A DNA stretch of 64,000 bases from Mobula hypostoma (GCF_963921235.1 NC_086109.1:35528001-35592000), one strand, 5' to 3'. Shown: positions 12,953 to 26,750, numbered from the stretch's first letter. A program made the numbers and translations. Notes: a model not told the origin generated them from the letters alone.

Positions 12953-14546
12953 CAGTGCCTATAAGAACTATTCATCCCCTTTGGAAGTTATCATGTTTTA
13001 TTGTTTTACAACATTGAATCACAATGTGTTTAATTTGGTTCTTTTGACACTGATCAACAAACAAAAAGAAAACAGATCTCTACAAAGTGATGGAAATCAA
13101 TTACAAATATAAAACACAAATAATTGATTACATAATTATTCACCCCCTTCAAGTCGGTATTTAGTAGGTGCACCTTTGGCAGCAATTACAGCCTTGAGTC
13201 TGTGTGGATAGGTCTCTATCAGCTTTGCACATCTGGACACTGCAATTATTCCCCATACTTTACAAAACTGCTCAAGGTCTGTCAGATTGCAAGGGGATTG
13301 TGAGTGAACAGGCCTTTTCCAATCCAGCCACAAATTCTCAATTGGATTGAGGCCTGGACTCTGATTTGGCCACTCCAGAATATTAGCTTTGTTGTTTTTC
13401 AGCCTTATCTGTGTAGCTTTGGCTATATGCTTGGGGTCATTGTCTTGCTGGGAAACAAATATTCTCCCAAGTCACAGTTCTCATGCAGATTGCATCAGGT
13501 TTTCCTCCAGGATTTCTCCGTATTTAGCTGCATTCATTTTACCCTATACTTCACAAGCCTTCCAGGGCCTTCCGCAGTGAAACATACCCACAGCATGATG
13601 CAGCCGGCACAATGTTCACCGTAGGGATAGTGTGTTTTATGCCAAACGTGGTGTTTAGTCTGATGGCCAAAAAGCTTAATTTTGGTTTCATCAGATCCTT
13701 CTTCCTGCTGACTTCAGAACCTCCCACATGCCTTCTGGCAAACTCGAGCCAAGATTTCATATGATTTGTTTCTCCACAGTAGCTTTCTCTTTGGCACTCT
13801 CCTATAACGTTGCAACTGGTGAAGAACCTGGGCGACAGTTGTTCTACATGCTGTCTCTCCCATCTCAGCCACTGAAGCTTGTAATTCCTCCAGAGTTGTC
13901 ATAGGTCTCTTGTTAGCCTCCCTCACTAGTCCCCTTCTTGCATAGTTATTCAGTTTTTGAGGACAGCCTGCTCTAGGCAGATTTACATCTGTACCATTTT
14001 CTTTCCATTTCTTGATGATGAACTTAACTGTACTCCAAGGAATAGTCAGTGACTTGGAAATATTCTTGTATCCATCTCCTGACTTGTGCTTCCTAATAAC
14101 AACTTTACATTGTTGCTTGCAGTATCCCTTGATCTTCATGATGTAGTTTTTGCCAGGATCTGACTCACCAGCAGTTGGACCTTCCAGATACAGTTGTATT
14201 TTTACTACAATCAATTTAGACTACTTGACTGCATACAGGTGTCTGAAAACTGATTTCCATTTAACTAATTATGTGACTTCCAAAACCAATTGGCAGTGAT
14301 GATTTGGTGTGTCATATTAAAGGCAGGGAATACTTCTGCAATCAATTATTTTATGTTTTACATTTGTGATTAATTTAGATCACTTTGTAGAGATCTTTTT
14401 TCACTTTGACATGAAAAAGCCTTTTTCTGTTTATCAGTGTCAAAAAAGTCAAATTAAATCCATTGTGATTCAATGTTGTAAAACACAAAAAAAAGAGAAA
14501 ACTTCCTGGGAGGGGTGGGGTTGCTGAATACTTTTTATAGGCACTG
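12953..14546 (-). mobile_element. Full-length Tc1-family DNA transposon (Passport/SSTN-like, IR/DR type), inactivated transposase
   Basis: TA|CAGTGCCTATAA...TTATAGGCACTG|TA. The imperfect inverted repeats are ~200 bp with an inner direct repeat (tattcacccc ~13137). Minus-strand transposase pieces: MKIKG...KSGDGYKNISKSLTIPWSTVKFIIKKWKE (paired-like HTH) and ...QSPCNL..LEQFCK.W..I..SRCAKLIETYPHRLKAVIAAKGAPTKY. Multiple frameshifts. Confidence 0.93.
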
Positions 14547-15912
14547 TAAAGAATTAACCTAACAGGTTGAGAACATTAATGGTTGACTGAATGAACACTT
14601 ATTTTGAGCATATACTATGTCATCAGAATTAACAGCTTTGTATAATTAGTACCGTTGCAAAAGTAGGAGGACTGAACGGGAGTAGTATGTGAAAATAATT
14701 TATTTTCCGCTTGCTATCATCCTTTGTCTGAAAGTATGTTGAGAAACAAAGCAGAAGAAATATTCCTGATTTATGTTAACACTAACTGCACATTTATATT
14801 GCAACACATCCCAAGGCAATTTAACAATACATCTAATAAAAATGTCGTTGAACCAGAAAGCCTAAGATTAAATGGAGTAATGAAAGGACACTTGAGAGAC
14901 TGAGAGGGAGAGAGAGAGAAAGAGACAGAGACCATGATGGAGAACATTATGGAAGGAATTACATCAGATAGGACCTGGTGATTATAAGATTAGCCTCATG
15001 GAAGATGAATGGGCAGAAGGAAGATTTCGAGCAACTAATATATGAGAGGGGAAATAATGAAAAAAGAGATTGCAGAGTTAGGACATGGCAAAACCATGCT
15101 TAGGGGATTCGTTATCAATAAGTTTTGAATTAAACACTTTGGAGATGTGGTATCCTGTGATCAGAATTCCACTCAGAACAGGATAAGGTCTGTCATTGCA
15201 ATAAATGGAACAAAGTACAGAGCAGCCACTTTCTCATGGATTAACAGAACTGGGAGAGAGTCCTAGCTTCTCGTAGTAGGCTCTCAATGTCTTTAGTTCA
15301 GAATTTTGACAGAAATGCTTTCAGGATATTGAGAAATGTGTAAAGAAAACATTTTAAAAATTCTATCCTTATTTAGGATTCTAGTACGTGCCAGTAACTA
15401 TCTGGAGATATCCAACTTTACACAATATCAGAAACTGGGACCAATTTTTGCCTTTCTACTACTATTTAGGACATTTACTGGATATACTCATTTGAGTCAC
15501 AAGATCATGATGTTTTGCAAGTTAAAAGTAAAAGATTAAACTATGCTCTACTTACATTCATAAGTACGTGAAATATTACAATATTCAACAGCAGCAGGAC
15601 AACTTAATGAAATTCAAGTCTATCTCAGCAATTATCATGTATTTCAAGGTTGTGAGTTAGTTTAGAACACAATGCTTGGAATTATTTCATTGTATGGCTA
15701 AGTCATCAAGTAAAAACCTTTCAATCTTACTAATTTCTCCCAGCAACCTGTACTGAGATGGACAAATTTACTGTACTTGCTCTAGCAAATTTAGTTTGTG
15801 ACTGCCATGTGAATACATTAACTTCATGTGGTTCAGATCTTTTTAGTCATGGGATGGACAATGAGGTACCATTTAGTAATATCAACAGCATAATGATGCT
15901 CACCAGATTCAT

Positions 15913-17393
15913 CAGTCTATGTTCCAAGCCTACAGTGGTATCACACCCCAACTTTTCCTACTCTACATCAACAACTGCATTGGTGCTGCTTCCTGAACCC
16001 ATGCAGAGCTCGTCGACTTCATCAACTTTGCCTCCAACTTCCACTATCCCCTTAAATGTACATAGTCTATTTCTGACACATCCCTCCCCTTTCCCAAATT
16101 GTCTGTCTTTATCTCTGGAGACAGCTTACCTCCTGATGTCTATTATAAACCGACTGGCTCTCACTGCTACCTGCGCTATACCTCTTCCCACTCTGTTACT
16201 TGTAAAAATGCCATCCCCTTCTTTCAATTCCTTCGTCTCTGCCGCATCTTCTCTTAGGATGAGGCTTTTCATTCCAGAATGAAGGAGATGTCCTCTTTCT
16301 TCAAAGAAAGAAACTTCACTTCCTCTGCCATCAATGCTGCCCGGAACGGCATCTCTTCCGTTTCACACTCATCTGCCCTTATCCCATCCTCCCACCTCCT
16401 CACCAGCCTCTGCATCCAGCACATAATTCTCCATAATTTCTGCCATCTTGAGTGGGATCCCACCACCAAGCAAATCTTCCCTGCCTCCATCTTTCTGATT
16501 TCCACAGGAATCACCTTGTACGCAACTCCCTTGTCCATTCGTCCCTCCCCACTGAACTCGCTACTGGCACTTTATCCTTGCAAGCGGAACAAGTCCTTCA
16601 CCACCATTGAGGGCCCCAAGCAATTAATCCAGGTGAGGTGACACTTCACCTGTGAGTCTATTGGGGTCATATACTGCATCCAGTGCTCCTGATGTGGCCT
16701 CTTGTATATCGGTGAGACCTGACGCAGATTGGGAGACTGCACCGCTGAGCACCTACGCTCCATCCACCAGGAGAAGTGGGATCTCCCAGTGGCCACCCAT
16801 TTGAATTCCACTTCCCATTCCTATTCTGACATGTCAGTCCATGGCCTCCTCTACTGTTGCCATGAGGCCACACTGAAGCTGGAGGAGCAATACCCTATAT
16901 TTCGTCTGGGTAGCCTCCAACCTGACAGCATGAAGTTTGATTTCTTGAACTTCTGGTAATATCCCCTCATCTTCACCATTCCCCATTCCTATTTCCCCTC
17001 TCAATTTCTCTCCTTACCTGCCCATCACCTCTCTCTGGTGCTCCTGCTTCCTTTTCCTTTCTTCCATGGCCTTCTGTCCTCTCCATCAGATTCCCCCTTC
17101 TCTAGCCCTGTATCTCTTTCACCAATCAACTTCCCAGCTCTTTACTTCACCCCTTCCCCCTCTCCTCCTGGTTTCACCTATTACCTTGTTATCCTTCCTC
17201 ACCTTTCCCCACCCCCCGCCACTTTCTTACTCTGACTCCTGACTCCTAATCTTTGTTTCTCCAGTCCAGATTCTCGGCCTGAAACATCGACTATACTCTT
17301 TTCCGTAGATACTGCCTGGCCTGCTGAGTTCCTTCAGCATTTTTTTTTGTGTTGTTTGGATTTCCAGCATCTGCAGATTTTCTCTTGTTCGTG
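15913..17393 (+). mobile_element. 5'-truncated Penelope-like element (RT C-half + GIY-YIG endonuclease), decayed
   Basis: Reads QLFLLYINNCIG (degenerate YIDD), VYYKPT..SH, NAIPFFQFLRLCRI, then GIY-YIG GVIYCIQC..CGLLYIGET..RL...EHL...PVATH.N...EQ..IFRLGSLQP. A CT-rich tract and the terminal repeat follow. Confidence 0.9.
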
Positions 17394-17397
17394 AAAA

Positions 17398-17656
17398 ACT
17401 TTTATTTTATTGAGATACATCACGGAATAAGGCTTTCTGGCTCTTCGGGCTGCTCCGCCCAGCAATTCCCCACTTTAATCCTAGCCTAATCAAGAGACAA
17501 TTTACAATGACCAATTAACCTCACAGTTGGTACGTCTATCGACAGTGGGAGAGAACCCACATGATCATGGGCAGAACGTACAAACTCAGGCAGCAGCAGC
17601 AACTGAACCTGTGTCGCTGGTACTGTAAAGCATTGTGCTAACTGTTTTAACGGTGA
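17398..17656 (-). mobile_element. HE1-like V-SINE
   Basis: Homologous to 3995-4290, with a partial internal deletion. Confidence 0.8.
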
Positions 17657-19499
17657 CTGAATACTTCTTGTTTGCAAAGCAATCTTTTATGGTAGGCATT
17701 TCATCCACTCTCTTTATGTGCCTCCTCTTGACCACTGCATACCTGATGGCTCATTGTGTACCATCTAAGAAATGCTTTACAGACAAATATTTATTAACAA
17801 TAGTTTAATATTTTAAAGAGCAGGACCTCTATCACCAACAAAAGAATTATTGTTTCAGTTTATCACACTTCACTCTTTTCATGCCTACAGAGTATTAGAA
17901 ATACCTAAAAAATCTACCATGACAACACCTCACCAGGATTATATGGGACTCTGAAGTATGCAGTATACTATATGCTGGGTGCATTTTTATGTTAGTTATA
18001 TACATTTTTAGTAAACAATTAATTAACTGTTGTAGAATGCTATTAATTTAATGGTGGATTAATTTCCCATGATTCCAAACTCTAGTAGCTTTTTAAGCAT
18101 TTTCTTCACGTGGCCATAACTTTCTGTCTCATTTGTCACAGTTGCTGTGCTTCATACTTGTTCCTAGCAGACTCTTCAGATGCTTCCTGTTCTCTATTGA
18201 ATGAAATTATTGCAATTAAATCTTCACACAAATTAAGAGCCAAAAATAGCAAAGGGAAAGCATCAGTTCAGAAATGCATTTGATTGAACGTTCTTTTTAA
18301 TTCAATATTTTGAATGCATAGTGCTTCCTAATCTCTCTATAATATCTAATTATACTTTCCCTCCTGTCTCTCATTTGATATAATTCCACCTTAGAGCTAA
18401 GTTTTCAGGTCAGTTATCTATCATCAGAACTGCGAACAATTCTGATATACATGCTGTTCATGGAAAGTGGGAAAGAATATAAAAGCAAACAGTAAGGCTA
18501 GAACTAGTAAGGAAGACAAAAAACATTGAAAGAAAGAGGACTTTTCCTTATGTCAATAATTATCTTCACCATTTATCAACAATCATCCTCTCTTCCACTT
18601 CCTCTTCTTCTAAAAGCATAAACGTTTCTACTTCTAATTCTATTGGAAGTTAACTGACTTCGAATGTTAACCACCTTTTTTTTGTCCACAGAAATTGCCA
18701 GATCTAATTAGAAGTTAAACTTACCTTTAAAAATATCATATATATATAAAACAGTGGTTGCCAAAAATGTGCAGAGATCCAATGCTTCCACTCAGCCTTG
18801 AGCCGTATTCATGATGCAGTATTTTATATCCAACAGAAGTCCCCTTGCAAATTAACCAGGATGATGGATATTTGGTGTTTAGTCTTCCCCTTACTAAGAC
18901 CCATTATTATTTATTATTATATTTTGCTAGGACATTGAAAAAGGCCATTCAGCCCATCAAGTTCATGTCATAGAATAATTCTATTCTCTCATTTACTTCT
19001 CCTTAACCTATTCAGTTGGACAAAAGAGTCTCCAGTTAGAAAAAAAAATCTTTTTCAAAATGAACGTAAAATTCTTAATAACTATAGTCCAGGAATAAAA
19101 TTCTATGCAGCAAGTAACCTATCCCCTGTAAATGTTTTAAATAGCTAGGTTAGTACTTTTCTGTAACATCTAATGATTTCTGATCTTAGTTAGACATGTC
19201 CCTGTGCATGTTGGTCTTTTTGTTACTTTTCTGTGTTGCATGTTGCTAATAATGCAAACTATTAACAGTGCAGCAAGGGGAAATGATAGTGCAGGTTAAT
19301 GGCATGTCATCAAGGAAACTATACAACAGGGACCTGAAGGAACAGAGAAAGACTTTCTCATGCTCCTTAGCTAGTCTGATTGAAGGACTGAAATTAGTAG
19401 CACCAGAGATAACAAAGAAGTATGAACAAGAGAGGAAAACTCAGTCCGAATTACTGGAGATGTGAACAAATGTGGAGAAGCAAATCTTCTGAGAACAGA

Positions 19500-20040
19500 A
19501 CAGAAATATCTCAACAGCAAGAGATGGTGACCCTCTCTTCCCCACTGCAGCCGTCCTGAGGAGAACATACCCAAGGGGGGCAATAGGTCATCTGTACAGG
19601 ATGAATCTGACAGGGGGGACCACTCAAACAAGGTAATGGTGAATGTTGGTGAGATCTTGTGGTGAGGCATTCTGCCAGATGTTTTGGACAGCTGCTTAGG
19701 GAACCACCCCACTGTATTCAAAGTATCCCCATCCTGCAGTAGCTGCAATACATTCCCAGCTGATCACTGCCCAATATAGTTGTAGTCAAAGCTGTTTCCT
19801 TGAAGTTACTCTTCCACAGAGGACAAATATTGCAGCAACATCCAGCTGGCTGTGATATTGGGTCTGGGTCTATCTTTCTTAGCACTAGAGCAGGTAGAAA
19901 GCTAACACATAGTGACACCTGGTGTCCGTGTAGTTTGGGTCCACACACCCAGGTGGTCATCAGAGTGAGGTCAAAGTTGGGTACATTTTTGCCCCCATTC
20001 AATGCATCATGATTCATTGGACTCACTCCTGGACCCCCAG
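19500..20040 (-). mobile_element. Tx1/L1-clade LINE ORF2 fragment
   Basis: Minus frames give GGKNVPNFDLTLMTTWVCG and ...LVLRK... and DTLNTVGWFPKQ, resembling the recalled post-RT region of Tx1-like ORF2. Confidence 0.55.
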
Positions 20041-20054
20041 ATAAACTGGATTGA

Positions 20055-20440
20055 GATTTCAGATTCAAATTCATTTATTTTTCACACATATATTGAAACA
20101 TACAATGAAATGCGCAATTGTGTTAACAACCAATGTAACCTAAGGATTTGCTGGGGCTGGCCCACAATATCACCACACATTTCAGTGCCAATATAGCATG
20201 CCCACAACTTTCAGCATTGCAACACAAGCAATAATAACAACACAAACAGCAACAATACAAAAAAAAAGCAAAATAGATCTCTTAATTCCCTCGTACCCAC
20301 TCATACATCACAGACCAGCCTCTAACCCCAGGACAGGCCACTTCCAGGCCTCAGCTCCCAGTGGACTTGTAGACTTACAGGTGTCAGGCCTCCAATTTCC
20401 CTCATAGACTTGAAGACGTTGGGCGTCTGACTTCTGGATA
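20055..20440 (-). mobile_element. Short retroposon sharing its 3' segment with the SINE at 39445
   Basis: tttatt..tcacac..tat..gaaacataca...gtgccaatatagcatgcccacaac matches 39460-39598; (TGAATC)n-like tail. Confidence 0.55.
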
Positions 20441-20539
20441 TGCTGAACGCTATAATGTCTTGGTGATTACCTAGGCAGAAAAGCAGAGAAACCATCACAC
20501 CAATGCCAACTAAGGCACCCAGAGAATATGAAGGAACTT

Positions 20540-20790
20540 AAGACATAAGAGCAGAATTGGGTCAGTTGGTCCATTGAGTCTGATCTGCCATTCCATCATG
20601 GCTGATTTATTTTCTCTGTCAACCCCATGATTCTGCCTTCTTCCCATAATCTTTGATGTCCTGACTAATCCCAGAACCTGTTAACTACCAGTTTAAATAC
20701 ACTCAATAACTTAGCTTCCATAGCAATCTGTGCAAAGAATTCCACAGATCCTCTACTCTCTGGCTAAATAAATTCCTGGTAGTCTCTGTT
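20540..20790 (-). mobile_element. CR1 LINE 3' fragment
   Basis: agacataagagcagaattggg...ccattgagtctg..ctgccattc..tcatggctgat; homologous to the 45600-45835 3' end. Confidence 0.7.
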
Positions 20791-21292
20791 CCTGACCATG
20801 GTATTCTTCCCAGTTTTTATTCGAGAACACCATTTCTGCAAATCCAGGCTTCGTTTTAACTTCCAAATGTGGTCCAGTCAAATGTTGTTAGACGTGGCAG
20901 CTAATCTGAACTAGGTCCCCAATACCTTCAGACGGTCATACTGACAGTGAAGGAGATGCGTAAAGCAGTCAGGGAAAATGCAGAAAGTCAGAGTTTAGCT
21001 TGGCAGAGACAAGAATGAGAGGCACATGAATCATGATGCACATTAGGATAATTTGTAGCAAAGTTTAGCATTTGTTATCAATTGTGCAGGGTTTTATTCA
21101 TTGAGAAGTTAAAATTTTCAGCAATCTTCAGTTATGAAAGAATTCACACTTATAACAGGAAGTCAAAAAAAAACACATTATACCCAGAGAAGCTGATCTA
21201 TGATTGTAATGCAGAAGCGGGGAGCACGGATGGGAGGACAATCTATCTCTGCATTGCAGGTAGTGAAATAATCAATCCTATTTCAGCAATTT

Positions 21293-23370
21293 TCAAAGTT
21301 CAAAGTAAATTTCTTATCAAAGTTCATACGTGTTACCATATACTATCATGAGATTCATTTTCTTGCAGATATTTATAGGAATAATCAAATATAACTGAAT
21401 ATTACTGAAAAACCATCCATAAATAAAGACTTACAAACAACCAATGCTCAGATTAGTGGTGACTGAAGTTATCCACGCCAGTTCAGCAGCCAGATAGTTG
21501 AAGGATAATAACTGTTCCTGGACCTGGTGGCGTGGGACCTAAGACTTGATGGTAGTAGTGAGAAGAGGGAATGGCCTGCATGTTGGGAGTCTTAGATTAT
21601 GGATGCCCTTCTCTTGTGGCAGCGCTGTGTGTTACTGTACTTTGTCGTGGGGAGGGCTCTGCCTGTTATGGACTGTGCTGCATCCAGTGGTTTTTGTAGC
21701 CCTTTCCTTTCCTGGGCATTGGAGTTTCTATATTAGATTGTGATGCAAGCAATTAGAATGCTTCCACTGTGCATCTATAGAAGTTTGTCAAAGTTTATGG
21801 TGACATACCAAATCTTTGCAAGGTTCTATAAAAGCCATGTCTTCATTCTGATGACACTTAAGTGCTGGTTCCAGGACAGATTCTCTAATATGATAACAAC
21901 AAATATTTTAAAACTACTGACCCTCTCTACTTGTAATTCCCAAATGAAGATTGGATCATGGACCTCTGGCTTTTATCTCCTGGAGTTGATAATCACCACT
22001 TTGGTTTTGCTGATATTGAGTGAGAGATTGTTGTTGTGGCACTGGCTAACTAGTTTATTAATCTCACTCTTATATGGCCAATTCGTCCAACAACAGTGGT
22101 AGAAACATAAAAACATAGAAAACTACAGCACAATACAGGCTCTTCGGCCCCCAAAGCTATGCCGAACATGTCCTTACCTGAAAAATTACCTAGGGTTACC
22201 CATTGCCCTCTATTTTTCTGAGCTTTTTGTACCTATCCAAAAGTCTCTTAAAAGACCCTATTGTATCCACCACCATTCCCAGTAGCCCATTCCACGCACT
22301 CATCACTCTCTGAGTAAAAAATTTACCCCTGACATCTCCTCTGTACCTACTTCCAAGCACCTTAAAACTGTGCCCTCTCGTGCTAACTATTCCAGCCCTG
22401 GGAAAAAGCCACTGACTATCCACACTATCAATGCCCCTCATCATCTTATACACCTCTATCAGATCACCTCTCATCCTCCGTTGCTCCGAGGAAGAAGGGC
22501 CGAGTTCACTCAACCTAGTCTCATAAGGCATGCTCCCCAATCCAGGCACCCCTTGTAAATCTCCTCTGCACCCTTTCTATGGTTTCCACATCCTTCCTGT
22601 AGTGAGGTGAGCAGAACTGAGCACAGAACTCCAAGTGGGGTCTGACCAGGGTCCTGTATAACTGTATCATTACCTCTCGGCTCTTAAACTCAATCCCACG
22701 ATTGATGAAGGCTAATGCACTGTATGCTTTCTTAACCATAGAGTCAACCTGCGCAGCAGTTTTGAGTGTCCTATGAACTCGGACCCCAAGATCCCTCTGA
22801 TCCTTCATACTGCGAAGAGTCTTACCACTAATACTATATTCTGTCATCATATTTGACCTACCAAAATGAACCACCTCACACTTATCTGGGTTGAACTCCA
22901 TCTGCCGCTTCTCAGCCCATTTTTGCTTCCTATCAATGTCCCTTTGTAATCTGACAGCCCTCCACACTACCCATAACACCTCCAACCTTCATGTCATCAG
23001 CAAGTTTACTAACCTATCCCTCCACTTCTTCATCCAGGTCACTTATAAAAATCATGAAGAGTAGGGGTCCCCGGACAGATCCCTGAGGCACACCACTGGT
23101 CGCCGACCTCCATGCAGAATATAACCCGTCTACAACCACTCTTTGCCTTCTGTGGGCAAGCCAATTCTGGATCCACAAAGCAATGTCCCCATGGATCCCA
23201 TGCCTCCTTACTTTCTCAATAAGCCTTCCATGGGCTACCTTGTCAACAAACTTAAATATGGCAGTAGGTATGAAGTGAGTAGAGCAGGGAGCTAAGCACA
23301 CAGCCTTCTGGGGCAGTTCTGCTGATGGTAATGATGGTGGAAATGTTGTTGCCAATCCATACTGACTGAT
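21293..23370 (-). mobile_element. Rex/Babar LINE fragment split by a CR1 insertion
   Basis: Same family as 9273-10470. The sequence stops at caacagtggt (22100) and resumes at tgtcaacaaacttaaatatgg (~23241). Confidence 0.8.
22101..23246 (-). mobile_element. 5'-truncated CR1 (HER1-like) LINE nested in Rex element
   Basis: DKVAHGRL...[59 protein letters not shown]; (TTTCTATG)n tail. Confidence 0.92.
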
Positions 23371-25129
23371 TTTGGTTCAGGAAATAAACACTGGTGAGAA
23401 CAATTAGAGGTCTGACTTTAACATTTCATGCAAGAGAACCATCCTGGACAGCTACAACTGATTATCATCCAGCTATTTCTAAACAAATGAGTGGGCATTT
23501 GCATGTTGGCAGAAGACTGTGTGAGAGACGGCAGATGTTTCTTCCATCATGAAATGGAATGCAGGCTGTCTTGAGTTCACGAGTAATCAAGATTACTTCA
23601 GGTGTAGCATCAGCTCCTTTTGAAACTGGTAAGGATTCAACACCTTAGGAGAGAAAGGGAAGGAGAGAAAATGGTGAAGAACATATGCTAATAAGACATC
23701 TGTGCTGTTTGCATTTTGCAGTAAAGGTGATTTGCAGTAAAGGCTGTTTTTTTCTCTGAAGTACCTTAGAAATGTGATTACTGTAATTAAACTTGCATTG
23801 CCTCATAGGGATTCTTTGTTCTGTAATATATTGTAATGCACTCACCCACTGGAACTTGCATGTCAGAAATCCCTGAAATAAAATTAGTGTTTTGATGGTG
23901 TTCTCTTTGCTTTTCTAACAGTTTTTGATTAAAGCATAAATGATCAACTTCCAAAATCTATGATTACTAAAATATCAAATCAACATGTTTATAAACCTAA
24001 AGCCGGTGAGCAAGCCAAATAAGGTTCCAATGGGTCTTGCTTTGAAGAAGAACTTTAGAACGTTAGAGCTTGAAACATGTTTACTTTAGTGCTGTGTATG
24101 GAAGTCAACTTGTTAAAAAAATACTTACATAGCATAGTATATAAATATAAACAAAAACTGATAAGCTTACAAAAATCCTTGGCATAACAGTTACAACAAA
24201 AATGCAATTCGCAAGCGTAATTTTTCGAGCAACTTTTTCTAGTTGGCATTTTAATAATCTGGTTTGATTTGCAGATGTAATGAGCACAGATGCTCTCAGT
24301 TCATCCTCCAGATACCTGTGAGCCAGCCCCATGTTCTGCTCTCTGAGCTCACTGACTTCAAGATTTCAGCACTTTTGTGAGGGTTTTCCACGAAGTATAA
24401 GATAATTTCCATGTCCTTTGCCCTATTTTGCATTTGCACTTGTAGAACATCATCATACAGTGTTACTCGCCATTTTGGAAATGTCTGGAGGATTGTTAAT
24501 GGGTCCAGCTGTTGTTTTCATAACAGCAGTTTAAACAAGAATTTCCATTTTAAATGCAGTCACAGTCAGGCCATATATTATGTTAATTCTGCAAAATGAC
24601 ATCTGTTCTTATTTTTTTATGTAAACTCATTTTCATATCATTCAATGCAATATTTCCTATGAATCAGCTCAATCAAGCAACCTTTTCTGGTGACAATGAT
24701 TTTAAAAATATTAATGCATTGTTTGAAAGTGGCAATGAGTATGGACAAGGCTCAAGAAATGCTGCATTGTTACACCAGTCCTCTTCACAACCTTCAGTGA
24801 TGCAGTACTTTGCCTCAGCTTCAATAAGCTCTCTGCTAACTAGAGTTAAACTAGCAGAGAGTGGGTATCTATTCAACCTCTGTCATCTCTACTCCAGAAC
24901 TGAAGTCCAATCTCAAAATCAAATTACAGTGTGCAGATAATATTTGCATTGGGCACTCTGTTGCTGGGCTCCAAACCATCATAGTTTTCCTCACCAATAT
25001 GTCGTGAGAATAGGCTCCGCTGCTACACGTCACCACCAATCCCACTCTTCAACCACCACCTCCAACATGCCAAGGACAGGAACGGATTGCGAAAAGACGA
25101 AGACTAATGCAGAACAGAGAGCCTCAGGT

Positions 25130-25245
25130 GCTGTTTGAATTGAGTTTACATGTTCTCGCTGTGACCATGTGATTTGCTCCAGGTACTCCAGTTTCTCCCA
25201 TGCTGCAAAGGTGTGTTGGAAGATTTGACAGCTGTTGTAAATTGC
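25130..25245 (+). mobile_element. Partial V-SINE core
   Basis: gagtttacatgttctc..gtgacc...ctccagtttctccca...tgtaaattgc. Confidence 0.55.
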
Positions 25246-25254
25246 TTCCAAAAC

Positions 25255-26077
25255 CCCTTTTTTACTGGGCATCTCTGGAAATGTGGCTTGCTAGCCCCTC
25301 ACTGACAGCCACCAGACTCAACTGTGAGATAACCACCTTTCTCAGGCTCTGTATGCCTAGGGTAGATATGACATTGGTCCCACCAAACCATGAGGTTGGG
25401 ATGTCTCACCCACCTGAACCCCGATTGTGTGAACGCTGTGTAACTTACTGCTCCCATGTAATTGTCCATCAGCAAGAGGTAACAGACCGTACACTGCATA
25501 CAGTTATAAAGAAAGTATAATTAAGTATGTTAACTTAACAAAACTGTCATTTAAAGAAAAGAAAAAAAAACAAAAAGGCTCATCATAATTAAATAGTCAA
25601 AGGTGCACATAGGTTGGAGTTCATCTTGAAATTGTCTTCAACTCATGCGCTGGACCTTCGGTCTGCGTGAAAGCACACACACCTTCCGAATATTGCTTGA
25701 TATCCACCTCGAACATATGGGCTCCTCCACGGTCGTATTGGTCCTTTCTCCATGAAACCATTCATCTGCACACAGCACCTCGTACAACAGGGACAGCATC
25801 CTCAGCCATCTTCCCTCATGTCTTCTCCCAGCTCCCGCCGAGAAAACTCGACCCACACTGTGTCCGTCACATAAACCTCGCCACCCAGTGTTCTCTAGAA
25901 CCTTCTCCCAATTCCACTATCCTGATTGGCTGGCTCCACATTCCTAAATTGAACAACAAAGCTCCTTATTTCAGCTCAAACTCAAACAGGCTGAAAGCAG
26001 AACAGACTGCTGTAACAGAACTGCTCAAATGAAATACCTGCAGAATAGCAGTAAAAATATTAACCAGGGTGTTATGA
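25255..26077 (-). mobile_element. Probable solo LTR (degenerate termini)
   Basis: ~820-bp GC/CpG-richer non-coding block between unrelated repeats. It ends ...aaccagggtgtta(t), like a decayed TGTAAC terminus on the minus strand. No clear TSD. Confidence 0.4.
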
Positions 26078-26609
26078 AGAAATATTTATAAAAAAGGAGT
26101 TGATGGGTTTATGAGAGCTAAGAGGCTATAAAGGGGAAGAACGGGTATGATTGAATTCCTCCATTGAGAGCCAACATGGACTTTCTGGGCCAAATGGCCC
26201 TTATCTGTAAAACATTGGTGAGGTACAACTAAAGGATTCTGTATAAAATTTCTCAAACCCACCAGTAACATCGGCAAACAATTATTAGTGTATACCTTCA
26301 GGACATATCCCACGTGAGGCTGTGATTGGACTGCTCATGCAGATATCTGATATCAGACTCCAAGCTCTCTGTTCCAAGCTCCATTACAGCAACAGATTTC
26401 CCAGATTTCACAGAGGACAGAAAAATTGCTTCAAGGACACCAGACAAAACTATCATTAAAAAAAAAACCTCAGGAACTTGTAGATGTTCGTAGATTAACG
26501 CAAGTCAAACAGGCAAAATGGCAACCAGGAAGAAACAAAAGTGTTTTGGGCTCTCTTTGTGCCTGGGAAGATGAACTGCAAAGAGCAGGTTTGAAAACTG
26601 CAAACAACT

Positions 26610-26750
26610 GCTTGCTTGCACTCCTGCCCTTCCATCCCTCACCTTCTTATTCTGGTTTCTGTCCCCTTCTTTTCCAGTCCTAATGAATGGGCTCAGCTCG
26701 AAGTGTCGACCGTTTATTTTCCTCCGTAAAGGTTGCTTGAATGTTTTGTC
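26610..26750 (+). mobile_element. Penelope-derived terminal fragment with degenerate hammerhead motif
   Basis: caccttcttattctgg...tttccagtcctaatgaatgggctcagctcgaagtgtcgac. Confidence 0.65.

Noticed and set aside
15758..16282. 174-aa Ser/Thr/Pro-rich ORF
   Set aside because: Off-frame reading of the Penelope RT region.
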